A DNA stretch of 63,312 bases, the filler included, from Octopus bimaculoides (taxonomy: Eukaryota), in assembly GCF_001194135.2 (NCBI RefSeq). It is 9 parts of 9 records of this genome, joined end to end, with 100 filler letters (N's around TTAATTAATTAA, not from the genome) between each part and the next. Parts side by side here need not be neighbours in the genome. Positions count along the whole stretch, not along the records: positions 2,607 to 15,667 come from NC_068986.1; positions 15,768 to 28,906 come from NC_068989.1; 7 more parts are not named here. The stretch is one strand, 5' to 3'. Positions 12,468 to 24,774 of the stretch are shown here, one piece after another. Position 1 is the first letter of the stretch; each line of letters starts with the position of its first letter. The position numbers were made by a program, and so were the translations under genes. The notes beneath the pieces were generated by a model that was not told the DNA's origin, did no database searches, and saw only the letters and a program-made list of their open reading frames with translations.

Positions 12468-12739
12468 NNNNNNNNNNNNNNNNNNNNNNNNNNNNNNNNN
12501 NNNNNNNNNNNNNNNNNNNNNNNNNNNNNNNNNNNNNNNNNNNNNNNNNNNNNNNNNNNNNNNNNNNNNNNNNNNNNNNNNNNNNNNNNNNNNNNNNNNN
12601 NNNNNNNNNNNNNNNNNNNNNNNNNNNNNNNNNNNNNNNNNNNNNNNNNNNNNNNNNNNNNNNNNNNNNNNNNNNNNNNNNNNNNNNNNNNNNNNNNNNN
12701 NNNNNNNNNNNNNNNNNNNNNNNNNNNNNNNNNNNNNNN

Positions 12740-12803
<64 letters not shown>

Positions 12804-13012
12804 GTACCGATCCGTGAAAGGAAATTCAACAAAAAAAGTACGCCATCTGACGAGAGAAAAATATTATATTTAAAGATCACAATACATATGTTAAAGTTTC
12901 ATATGTGGTTTGCACCTGAAGACTGTTTGAGTTTCTCTCAACATATGAAACTATTAGTAGCGCTTTAACATATATATTGTGACCTTTAAGTAATGATGAT
13001 AATATATATATA

Positions 13013-14048
13013 TGTAGTGAAACTAACACCTCGATCGCCATTATACACAAAGAAGCCATGTTCTCTTGCCGTTATAAATATATTCAAGATCAGCCGTAGT
13101 AGAAAACACATTTGCCTGGCATCACGTGACTGATTATTATTTGAAGCGGCAAATTCTTCGAACCTTTCCCGCCAGAACGCAAACTGACCAATCATGGCCC
13201 CTAATAAGGTCACGTGATAGAGTAGCCTTCGGGAGCCGATGATTCGCTATAAATAGACCAAATCATACCCAGCAAATTTGTCTCGTTTCAGATCTCTCAG
13301 AGACCTGTTCCATGTACCACACACAGCAGAAGCAGCAATTCCAGCGACTCCATCAACAGCTTCGTCCAGCCAAGATTACCACCGCTGTCGCCACATCAGC
13401 AACACGATTCTACGACTACTAACCAGCATCAATCGCCACCAGCGTCAACACGACTTTCTATGTACACCAATCCAAACCACCGCGGCACATCTCTCTCTCT
13501 CTTCGATTCTGTTAGGTGTTTCATATTCACCACGATTAATAATAGACAAGAGAATTCAGCCAGCGATGAACGTCTGTCCTCAAGAGCCCGGCATGGAAGC
13601 CAATATCACAACTAGTGATCAGCTCTGCCACACACAGCCTCAACTTCTTTCACGTACAGACTCTTCCAATTGTGTACTCAAGAACTGGTATAAATGCTCA
13701 CGTGTTACTGACTCCCTTTCTATCTGCTGTAATATCTCACATACACATACATGTATCACTCACATACACTCTTTTCTTTGTACGACGGCCTGTCTTTTAT
13801 TATGTTTTTATATGTCGCATTCACACTCACACACAGACATACATCTTTAATGTCACAATAAATAATTCTGTTATACATCTTCTATCGGTTGTCTTCTATC
13901 GTCTTCCTTTTACTGGCCATATGTTATCGTAGTATAACATATTTGTATATCATCATTGATATATATTTTGTGTTCGACTGTGTGACGCGTTTAAAATAAA
14001 AGGAGTCCTGTTTTTCCATTCGTCACCATATCTCCTTTTTTGAGTTCG
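13013..14048 (+). mobile_element. LTR (family 1), truncated by a gap
   Basis: Begins TGTAGTG after a (TA)n run; CACGTG x2, CCAAT and TATAAATAG upstream; AATAAA near 13996. The 3' ~370 bp recur at 36955-37336, which ends in CA. Confidence 0.65.
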
Positions 14049-14929
14049 NNNNNNNNNNNNNNNNNNNNNNNNNNNNNNNNNNNNNNNNNNNNNNNNNNNN
14101 NNNNNNNNNNNNNNNNNNNNNNNNNNNNNNNNNNNNNNNNNNNNNNNNNNNNNNNNNNNNNNNNNNNNNNNNNNNNNNNNNNNNNNNNNNNNNNNNNNNN
14201 NNNNNNNNNNNNNNNNNNNNNNNNNNNNNNNNNNNNNNNNNNNNNNNNNNNNNNNNNNNNNNNNNNNNNNNNNNNNNNNNNNNNNNNNNNNNNNNNNNNN
14301 NNNNNNNNNNNNNNNNNNNNNNNNNNNNNNNNNNNNNNNNNNNNNNNNNNNNNNNNNNNNNNNNNNNNNNNNNNNNNNNNNNNNNNNNNNNNNNNNNNNN
14401 NNNNNNNNNNNNNNNNNNNNNNNNNNNNNNNNNNNNNNNNNNNNNNNNNNNNNNNNNNNNNNNNNNNNNNNNNNNNNNNNNNNNNNNNNNNNNNNNNNNN
14501 NNNNNNNNNNNNNNNNNNNNNNNNNNNNNNNNNNNNNNNNNNNNNNNNNNNNNNNNNNNNNNNNNNNNNNNNNATTATACATAGCAGGGTAATCCCTTTT
14601 CGCAGGAGCTAGGACAGCAATTTCTGATGAAGCAATTGCTGGCGATCTGTTGCTACACAGTTTTGTCAGAATTCTATCAGATTGGGCAGAAGATGTTGAT
14701 GCACCATTTTATATTATGTTCAAAGTAGCTTCTGGAATGTGGTGAATTGCTGCAGTCTGTTGATGTCATTTTAAACCGGTTGCTGTCTTTCCCCAGCAAA
14801 CTCTCTTCTTTGGAGGCATAATCTATGTATATATTAAACAGAACAACAAAAGTTATAATAGATGGCAGGGTCGGTACTTTTCACATATCTGTAATTCTTC
14901 AGATTAACACCCGCACGATTACCCAACCT

Positions 14930-15105
14930 ATATCCTAAACCTAATCCTAACACTAACCCTAAACCCTAACCCTAAACCCTAACCCTAAAATCCTAACCAT
15001 GACCCTAAAACCGTAATCGTAACACTAATCCTAACTCTAACCGTAACCCTAAACCGTAACCCTAACCCCTAACCCTAACCCTAAAATCCTAACTCTAACA
15101 CCCTT
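14930..15105 (+). repeat. Degenerate interstitial (CCCTAA)n-like tract
   Basis: Mixed CCCTAA/CCCTAAA/TCCTAA/CCGTAA units. Confidence 0.8.
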
Positions 15106-15479
15106 GTGAAAATCGTGGTATATTTACAAAACGTTAACGAACATGAGTTATATTTTACTGAATGATTGTGTACTTGCACGTGTATGCGTTTGAGAGAGCG
15201 AGAGAGGAAGAGGTAGAGACAGGGGCGGGGGAAAGGAATAGAGGTAGTTAAAAGTTGTTCTTATGACGACTTCTCTTCACTGACGGATGCACATAAACAC
15301 ATAATAGAGAGAAAAATGAAACAAATATGGACGACTTGCTCTGAAACACCACCGAGTGGGGAACACTTCTCAAAAATAACCTGCAGTTGTTTCCTTCAAA
15401 ATTCCTACATGCTCGAAATGTACATACATCAAGGTATATTTGTAGAAAATGTCACGAAAAAATATTCATTTTCCTTGAA

Positions 15480-15667
15480 GTGAAGAGGAATTTAAGTGGA
15501 ATTTCCGAAAATTGTTCCCCACCCCCTCCCAAAACACTTTCACCGAAAATTTTTGTATATTCAGAATCTACATAATAAATAATATATGCATAGAAAATTT
15601 CATTAAAAAATATTCATTTTTCTGAAAGTTATGACCTTTCAAAGTTGGGGGGTACAACTCTGTAGTT
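15480..15667 (+). repeat. Modular dispersed repeat, family 1 (terminal unit)
   Basis: Ends GGGGGTACAACTCTGTAGTT, like 11361-11382 (GGGGTACACATCTGTAGTT). Confidence 0.6.
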
Positions 15668-15711
15668 NNNNNNNNNNNNNNNNNNNNNNNNNNNNNNNNN
15701 NNNNNNNNNNN

Positions 15712-15723
15712 TTAATTAATTAA
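15712..15723. other. Artificial contig-joining spacer
   Basis: TTAATTAATTAA within a 100-nt N spacer. Confidence 0.95.
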
Positions 15724-17206
15724 NNNNNNNNNNNNNNNNNNNNNNNNNNNNNNNNNNNNNNNNNNNNGGTGGTGGTGGTGGTGGTGGTGCTGGTGCTGGT
15801 GATTGTTGTGGTAGTGGTTGTGATGGTGGTGGTGGTGGTGATTGTGGTGGTAGTGATGATTGTGGCGTTGGTGGTGGTTGTGGTGGTGGTGGTGGTCGTC
15901 GTCGTCGTCTTGTACCAGTTTAAGTGTTACTCTTGTTGTTGTTGTTAAGAGATCGTTTTAGCCCAAATCGAGAAGACCTACAATCAAAAGGATCTCCAAC
16001 AATGACCAATCCATCTTTCCATGATATATATTAAGGCAGCGTGTGCCACAAACTGCTACAATATCCAACGTGCCCTCCTTGGGACATACATTAAGTCGGG
16101 TGTGATTCGACAGAGGTGGTGGCGAGGGAGGTGGCGGTATCTGGCTGTTATTTCAAACAAATCAAGGAACCACGTGGAACCTTCCGGTGGTAATTGAAGT
16201 GAGCGATTGTAGTTTTGATGGTGAGTACGGGTGTTTTGGAGTGGGTGGATGAGGTTTCAAGCACAGGGATCGGCTACTGTTTCGCACGTTGATCACGAAT
16301 CTTCACACGTTGAGCTTTGAAAGGTGCGCAGTTTTCACAAGGTTGTGTGGTGTTGTGTTTTCTTTAGTTTAACTATTTCCTCGATCGTGTGTGCGTACGT
16401 ATGTGTGTGTGTGAGTATTTGTGCGTGTAACTATGTTTGTATATGTGGGCAGGAATGTGTGTGGACATATNNNNNNNNNNNNNNNNNNNNNNNNNNNNNN
16501 NNNNNNNNNNNNNNNNNNNNNNNNNNNNNNNNNNNNNNNNNNNNNNNNNNNNNNNNNNNNNNNNNNNNNNNNNNNNNNNNNNNNNNNNNNNNNNNNNNNN
16601 NNNNNNNNNNNNNNNNNNNNNNNNNNNNNNNNNNNNNNNNNNNNNNNNNNNNNNNNNNNNNNNNNNNNNNNNNNNNNNNNNNNNNNNNNNNNNNNNNNNN
16701 NNNNNNNNNNNNNNNNNNNNNNNNNNNNNNNNNNNNNNNNNNNNNNNNNNNNNNNNNNNNNNNNNNNNNNNNNNNNNNNNNNNNNNNNNNNNNNNNNNNN
16801 NNNNNNNNNNNNNNNNNNNNNNNNNNNNNNNNNNNNNNNNNNNNNNNNNNNNNNNNNNNNNNNNNNNNNNNNNNNNNNNNNNNNNNNNNNNNNNNNNNNN
16901 NNNNNNNNNNNNNNNNNNNNNNNNNNNNNNNNNNNNNNNNNNNNNNNNNNNNNNNNNNNNNNNNNNNNNNNNNNNNNNNNNNNNNNNNNNNNNNNNNNNN
17001 NNNNNNNNNNNNNNNNNNNNNNNNNNNNNNNNNNNNNNNNNNNNNNNNNNNNNNNNNNNNNNNNNNNNNNNNNNNNNNNNNNNNNNNNNNNNNNNNNNNN
17101 NNNNNNNNNNNNNNNNNNNNNNNNNNNNNNNNNNNNNNNNNNNNNNNNNNNNNNNNNNNNNNNNNNNNNNNNNNNNNNNNNNNNNNNNNNNNNNNNNNNN
17201 NNNNNN

Positions 17207-17249
<43 letters not shown>

Positions 17250-17790
17250 CACACATGTGTGTGTAAGTGTGTGAATATATGTATGCCTATGTGTATATGT
17301 GTTTAGGTGCTTGTGCTTGTGTGTGTGTACATATGAGCAGGCATGTGTGCAACTGTGTATGACTATAGATACGGTATTATGTATGCGTCTGCATGTGTGC
17401 TTGTGCTTGTGTTTAGATATATATGACTATGTATAAGTGCATTCGTGAATTTGTATCTGTGCGCGTGTGTGCTCGTGAGTGTGTTTTTTCCTCTGCGTTT
17501 GTGTGTGGATACGTACGTGCATGCGTCTGCCAATGTCCCTGAGTATGCGTGCACGTGTGTGACCAGTAAGAGGAAAAGAGGAAGAGCGAAAGAGCGAAAG
17601 AGCGAATGAGCGAAAGACAGAAAGAGGCAAAAAGCGTCAGTTTAGATTTCCAAAGATGAAACAATGCTTCCAAACATCGCTGCACGCACGCATGCGCACA
17701 TACATATACACATACACATAAATGCATAGACATCATCTCCAAATTTTCCTCCCACTCATGTTCCTCCTCCTCCAACACCTACACCAATAC

Positions 17791-17865
17791 CGTCCTCTGT
17801 TGATTGTGACTCAGCCCTACTCAGTCTCTGCTTTGCTCGGTTGACCGTTGATGCCAAACTAAAAT
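17791..17865 (-). CDS. Candidate internal coding exon (75 nt, phase 1-1), gene unidentified
   Basis: Acceptor TCCTTTCGTCTATAG, donor GTATTG; open frame (D)FSLASTVNRAKQRLSRAESQSTED(G) in non-repetitive sequence. Confidence 0.4.
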
Positions 17866-18575
17866 CTATAGACGAAAGGATATAATGACGGATGTACTGC
17901 CGCCATCTTGATTTTTATAACAAAGCTTGCTTGAAATCCAACCCCCCTCATCATCATCACCCTAATTATCATTGTTTTAGTCACCGTCATCAATACGTGT
18001 GTCTGTGTGTGTGTGTGTGTGTGTTATGTTGAGTGTATTGCGTGTTGGTAAAGTGGATTACTTNNNNNNNNNNNNNNNNNNNNNNNNNNNNNNNNNNNNN
18101 NNNNNNNNNNNNNNNNNNNNNNNNNNNNNNNNNNNNNNNNNNNNNNNNNNNNNNNNNNNNNNNNNNNNNNNNNNNNNNNNNNNNNNNNNNNNNNNNNNNN
18201 NNNNNNNNNNNNNNNNNNNNNNNNNNNNNNNNNNNNNNNNNNNNNNNNNNNNNNNNNNNNNNNNNNNNNNNNNNNNNNNNNNNNNNNNNNNNNNNNNNNN
18301 NNNNNNNNNNNNNNNNNNNNNNNNNNNNNNNNNNNNNNNNNNNNNNNNNNNNNNNNNNNNNNNNNNNNNNNNNNNNNNNNNNNNNNNNNNNNNNNNNNNN
18401 NNNNNNNNNNNNNNNNNNNNNNNNNNNNNCAAGACATTTAAAATCACCTAAAAAAATCATTATTAAACAGGGACCAGATTTCGGATTTAACAAATTCTTA
18501 CCATTTGTGCTGGCCCCCTGATAATTAATCGATATTAATTAATATATTAATATATGACTAATTACCAGATCTTAT

Positions 18576-18614
<39 letters not shown>

Positions 18615-19082
18615 TGTATGCTTTTGAATACACACACACACACACATATCTGTATGTATGTATACATATGTATACGTAAAGTTATACACACACATTTACA
18701 CAGCTATACATACATACGTACATACATATATATATACATGCATGCACACACACACACACACAGAGTATCATTGGAAATGTTGCAGTGGGAAAAGTTACAT
18801 TCATAGAATATTCCATTCTCTCTAAGAAGATGACCCGAACCGATGAGTGGAAGTTTGTGGATAGAACTTGGTAAGATGTGTAGAAGATGTATATTTTCCA
18901 CCAAAGAGAGTTTGGGTGATGAGGCTATATTTAATTTAAATGACCCAACTGACCGTTGCAATTTCATCTACTGCGGACCTGAGAATCCTTAAATTATGGA
19001 GGAACATCATGTTAACTTACCTTGATATATGTATAATACATAATATATATATAAACATATATGTGTGTGTGTACATACACAA

Positions 19083-19123
<41 letters not shown>

Positions 19124-19329
19124 GTTCAAATTTACAGAAAACAAAAGACAAAGACAGGTGAAGGAACAACGAGCAGGCGTATTAGTTTAACGCTCGAGAA
19201 GAATGGAAAAGTGTTTGACGTTTCGAGCCTACGCTCTTTGACAGAAAAGACTGAGATGAGGGGAAAAAAACAGAGAAAGAGAAAAAATGAGTTTGGATTA
19301 ACAGTTCAACAAACACAAACACACACAGA

Positions 19330-19714
19330 CGAATATATGTGATGTATTTTGTTGCGGGTTCTCCTATCAGTTTTCAAAGATCACTTGTCAATCCAAAGCT
19401 GCCAAAGAAAGTCAAGTGCGCTTCAGTGAGGAATCGAACTTTGGATTATGTGGTTGCGTGATGTATCTTCGCAACAACATAAATCCAGACTTCATGACAG
19501 CTTAACCACACAGATAGGCTAGTATAAATGCATACATAAACTGCGTATAACTGCTTACGTCTAGATTTACGCTGTTGCGAAGAGACATCACGCAGCCACA
19601 TAATCCAAGGTTCGATTTCTCACCGCAGCATACCTGACTTTCTTTGGCAGATTTGGATTGTGATCTCTGAAAACTTATAAGAGAAACCGCGAGGTAATAC
19701 GTCACATATATTCG
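19330..19714. mobile_element. Foldback palindrome (~160-bp arms, ~68-bp spacer)
   Basis: 19330-19490 is an imperfect reverse complement of 19559-19714. Confidence 0.85.
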
Positions 19715-20335
19715 AATGTGTGTGNNNNNNNNNNNNNNNNNNNNNNNNNNNNNNNNNNNNNNNNNNNNNNNNNNNNNNNNNNNNNNNNNNNNNNNNNNNN
19801 NNNNNNNNNNNNNNNNNNNNNNNNNNNNNNNNNNNNNNNNNNNNNNNNNNNNNNNNNNNNNNNNNNNNNNNNNNNNNNNNNNNNNNNNNNNNNNNNNNNN
19901 NNNNNNNNNNNNNNNNNNNNNNNNNNNNNNNNNNNNNNNNNNNNNNNNNNNNNNNNNNNNNNNNNNNNNNNNNNNNNNNNNNNNNNNNNNNNNNNNNNNN
20001 NNNNNNNNNNNNNNNNNNNNNNNNNNNNNNNNNNNNNNNNNNNNNNNNNNNNNNNNNNNNNNNNNNNNNNNNNNNNNNNNNNNNNNNNNNNNNNNNNNNN
20101 NNNNNNNNNNNNNNNNNNNNNNNNNNNNNNNNNNNNNNNNNNNNNNNNNNNNNNNNNNNNNNNNNNNNNNNNNNNNNNNNNNNNNNNNNNNNNNNNNNNN
20201 NNNNNNNNNNNNNNNNNNNNNNNNNNNNNNNNNNNNNNNNNNNNNNNNNNNNNNNNNNNNNNNNNNNNNNNNNNNNNNNNNNNNNCACAGACACACAAGC
20301 ATATATACACACATACATATATATATACATATATA

Positions 20336-20490
20336 CGACGGGCTTCTTTCAGTTTCCGTCTACCAAATCCACTCACAAGGCTTTGGTCGGGCCGAGGCTA
20401 TAGTAAAAGACACTCGCCCAAGGTGCCACGCAGTGGGACTGAACCCGGAACCATGTGGTTCGTAAGCCAGCTACTTACCACACAGTCACC
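20336..20490 (-). mobile_element. SINE family A, 5' part
   Basis: Reverse complement of the family A head and body. Confidence 0.85.
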
Positions 20491-20494
20491 CTTA

Positions 20495-20579
<85 letters not shown>

Positions 20580-22409
20580 CGTGTGCGCAAACGCACACAC
20601 CCAGACGGAGAGAAAAAGAATGCCGGACTGAGAAATGCGTACATTCATAAATACATACATACATACATACATACATGCATACATACATAAGCACACGCAC
20701 AAGAAAATAATATGCGTACTTCTGTCGAATACATAACATAACTGCATATAGCAGGTTCTAGCATGAGCTGGCCCTTCTCTTTGTCTCCTCTTCCCTCTCT
20801 TCCCAAAGTGTCTATATCTTACTGTGGTATGTAATTGTCAAGTTATCGAGACACCTCACAACTGTACTCTTAACGAAGAAAGAAAGAAAGTAAGAAAGAA
20901 AGAAAGAGGGAAGAAAAATGTCGTAAATACCACTTCAAGCCATTGAAACACTTCAGGTTGTGTCTTCAAAGTCACCAAAAATGGCCAAATGACTGGAAGC
21001 AATATCCAGAAGTAGGGGAACCTAACCAGCCAGCCAGCTAGCCAACCAACTAACCCGCCAGCGCTGCACATAGCAAAGCCAACCAGTCGTGCAGGCAGGC
21101 AGACAGGCAGGCAGCGATCCGGTCGGTCGTGCAGGCAGACAGCCAGTCGAGCACCTTCTCATTGCAGACTGTCAAACAACCAATGGTAGAAACCTCTTTA
21201 TTGTGTTATTAACAAAACAAAAGACAAAAAAAAAACAGGGAGAAATAAACGTGGAAGTATTTCCATACAATGGAAAACTTGCTGAATAATCGCAGAGTAC
21301 TTTTACCGAGCGTGCGTGCGTGTGTGTGTGTGCGTGCGTGTATGTGTGTGTGTGTGTGTGTGTGTNNNNNNNNNNNNNNNNNNNNNNNNNNNNNNNNNNN
21401 NNNNNNNNNNNNNNNNNNNNNNNNNNNNNNNNNNNNNNNNNNNNNNNNNNNNNNNNNNNNNNNNNNNNNNNNNNNNNNNNNNNNNNNNNNNNNNNNNNNN
21501 NNNNNNNNNNNNNNNNNNNNNNNNNNNNNNNNNNNNNNNNNNNNNNNNNNNNNNNNNNNNNNNNNNNNNNNNNNNNNNNNNNNNNNNNNNNNNNNNNNNN
21601 NNNNNNNNNNNNNNNNNNNNNNNNNNNNNNNNNNNNNNNNNNNNNNNNNNNNNNNNNNNNNNNNNNNNNNNNNNNNNNNNNNNNNNNNNNNNNNNNNNNN
21701 NNNNNNNNNNNNNNNNNNNNNNNNNNNNNNNNNNNNNNNNNNNNNNNNNNNNNNNNNNNNNNNNNNNNNNNNNNNNNNNNNNNNNNNNNNNNNNNNNNNN
21801 NNNNNNNNNNNNNNNNNNNNNNNNNNNNNNNNNNNNNNNNNNNNNNNNNNNNNNNNNNNNNNNNNNNNNNNNNNNNNNNNNNNNNNNNNNNNNNNNNNNN
21901 NNNNNNNNNNNNNNNNNNNNNNNNNNNNNNNNNNNNNNNNNNNNNNNNNNNNNNNNNNNNNNNNNNNNNNNNNNNNNNNNNNNNNNNNNNNNNNNNNNNN
22001 NNNNNNNNNNNNNNNNNNNNNNNNNNNNNNNNNNNNNNNNNNNNNNNNNNNNNNNNNNNNNNNNNNNNNNNNNNNNNNNNNNNNNNNNNNNNNNNNNNNN
22101 NNNNNNNNNNNNNNNNNNNNNNNNNNNNNNNNNNNNNNNNNNNNNNNNNNNNNNNNNNNNNNNNNNNNNNNNNNNNNNNNNNNNNNNNNNNNNNNNNNNN
22201 NNNNNNNNNNNNNNNNNNNNNNNNNNNNNNNNNNNNNNNNNNNNNNNNNNNNNNNNNNNNNNNNNNNNNNNNNNNNNNNNNNNNNNAACCCTTTAGGGAA
22301 ATTTTTTCTTTTCTAATAGGTTTCGTTATCAGAAATATAACACAAATTAATTCAAAGACCTAGTTTTCGGCGGGGGCTATGAACAAATTATAAATTTCTT
22401 TGCCTATTT

Positions 22410-23140
22410 TCTCTTTACCTTTTATTAGTTACAGCCATTCGACTGCGGCCATGTTGGAGCACCGTTTTGAAAAACCAACCCTAGAATTAAAAGTCTTTAC
22501 TCTTTCAATTTTTTTTACTTGTTTCAGTCATTTGACTGCGGCCATGCTGGAGCACTGCCTTAAAGGTTTATTTTTTTTTTTAATCGAAGAAATCGATCCC
22601 AGGACTTATTCTTTGTAAGCCTAATACTTATTCTATTGGTCTTTAGGGGCCTTTCTTTTTTTCATTTTTTAATGGATTGTCAGAAATGTAGCACCATTTA
22701 ATTCAAACGACCCAGTTTTCAGCGGGGCTATAAATTTCTTTGCTTATTTTACCATTATCTTTTATTTGTTTCAGCTATTAGACTGCGGCTATGCTCGAAG
22801 GACTGCGGCCATGCTGCAGCCATGCTTGAAGTCAAACAAACCTTGAAGGGTTTTAGTCAAATAAATCGAACCAAGAACTTATATTTATTTATATTTTTTA
22901 AAGTTTGATACTTGGTCTATCGGTCACTTTTGCCGGGACGTAAACAAACCAGCACTGATTGTCAAACGGTACCCGAAGAAAGGAAGGGAGGGTTACAAAC
23001 ACAAAACACAAAGACACACATACATTAGGTACACAGGTCCGGCTTCCACCATTTCGTCAACTAAATTCACTCACAAGGCATTAGAAGACACTTGCTCAAG
23101 ATAAGGTTCACACTGAACCCGAAATCACGTAGTTACAAAA
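22410..23140 (-). mobile_element. Cluster of decayed SINE family A fragments
   Basis: Several GACTGCGGCCATGCTGGAGCAC tail motifs with a local duplication. Confidence 0.7.
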
Positions 23141-23206
23141 TACCTGCGCCAATAATTTATTAATTAATTCTGTCCGCTAGATGGTGCCAGTAATTTAGGA
23201 TGGTGT

Positions 23207-23385
23207 GGAGGCGCGTGGCTTAGTGGTTACCGTGTCAGCATCATGATCGTAAGATGGTACTTATATTAATGACCTCGAAAGGATGAAAGGCAATGTCGAC
23301 ATCGGTGCAATTTGAACTCGGAACGTAATGCCGTTAAGTATTTTGTCAGGCGCGGTAACGAATCAGTCAGCTCGCCGCCTCAACA
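23207..23385 (+). mobile_element. tRNA-headed SINE (family C), internally deleted
   Basis: GGAGGCGCGTGGCTTAGTGGTTA head and GAAAGGATGAAAGGCAA body shared with 45270-45500. Confidence 0.65.
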
Positions 23386-23520
23386 AACAGCATACTATTA
23401 GCGATAATACTTTCTAACTTATGAATAAATATCAGAAGCTGTTCGTCCCGCAACAATGAAAGGTAAAGTCGCAGACCATAAGTTTGGAACTCAAACGATA
23501 CCCAGACATAGTTATGTTGT

Positions 23521-23897
23521 TGGCACTCCGTCTCTTACGATGTCGAGGGTTCCAGTTGATCCGATCAACGGAACAGCCTGCTCGTGAAATTAACGTGCAA
23601 GCGGCTGAGCACTCCACACACACGTGTACCCTTAACGCAGTTCTCGGGGACATTCAGCGTGACACAGTGTGACAAGGCTGACCCTTTGAATTACAGGCAC
23701 AACAGAAACAGGAAGTAAGAGTGAGAGAAAGTTGTGGTGGAAGAGTACAGCAGGGTTCGCCACCATCCCCTGCCGGAGCCTCGTGGAGCTTTAGGTGTTT
23801 TCGCTCAATAAACACTCACAAGGCCCGGTCTGGGAATCGAAACCGCGATCCTATGACCGCGAGTCCGCTGCCCTAACCACTGGGCCATTGCGCCTCC
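23521..23897 (-). mobile_element. Full-length tRNA-derived SINE (family B)
   Basis: Highly similar reverse complement of 27243-27619. Confidence 0.9.
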
Positions 23898-24705
23898 CAC
23901 CCAGACATAGTTAAATACTAACGAATCTACCATTTTATTCCACACAATAATAACATTGGCAGCAGTGACATGAATAGCAACGTCACCAGTAACATAGTAA
24001 CTCAATTTATCGGAAACTCATTACCAACAATCAGAATTCTGTGTCTTAAGAAAATTCTTAGAGGGCGCTAAATGTATTTTCATTTCACTGAAATTGCCCT
24101 ATTTATGCTTTGCGTTTTTACCTCCGTTTTCTTTTTCTTTCTTTCTTTCTTAATAGTCATGTTAAAATGAAAAACAATTCCCTCTGTATACAAGCTAGAC
24201 AACAAAAATGAGTAGATATATATTGTAAATGGGGAGGAAAAAAATGGCGGGGACAGGGAACCATTAACGAAGGGAGGGACATTGTACATATACAGTGTTT
24301 AAGAACGTTTTGCTATCTCATTTAAAAAATATGTTTCCATTCTGGAAATATCTGATGTTCAAATATTCAAAGCAAATCCCAAAAGAATATTCTTGTCTTT
24401 TTTCACGAAGATTCCTTACAAAATTCTTCGTTTGTCGCAAAAATTTAATAGAAAAGAATCATTTGGGAACTTCTTAAAAGAGCATTAAGATAATACACAT
24501 ATCAGCACTTGCCCTAGGATATATTTTCACTGCACTCCCTCCATTTTCCCCCTAAATAAGCAAATTGAAGCTTCTTACACGTTTCCCTTGCAATTCAACA
24601 ATAGCCCCTCTGCTCTTCACATATTATATCTTCATGCAGTTATATCCCATAATGCCCAGAACGAAATTAACCATGATAAATATTACTGAAAGGTAATTAT
24701 GCAGC

Positions 24706-24774
<69 letters not shown>

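Noticed and set aside
14930-15105. True telomere
   Set aside because: The tract is short, degenerate and internal, with ordinary sequence on both sides.
19195-19245. Hammerhead at GAGC-GTAG-GCTC-GAAACGTC on the - strand (also ~25585-25625)
   Set aside because: Stem II and GAAAC are present, but the CUGANGA core is absent in both copies and stem I does not pair.
20809-20826. 18-nt micro-exon on the + strand
   Set aside because: Only a pyrimidine tract, AAG and GTATGT support it; this is expected by chance in such sequence.
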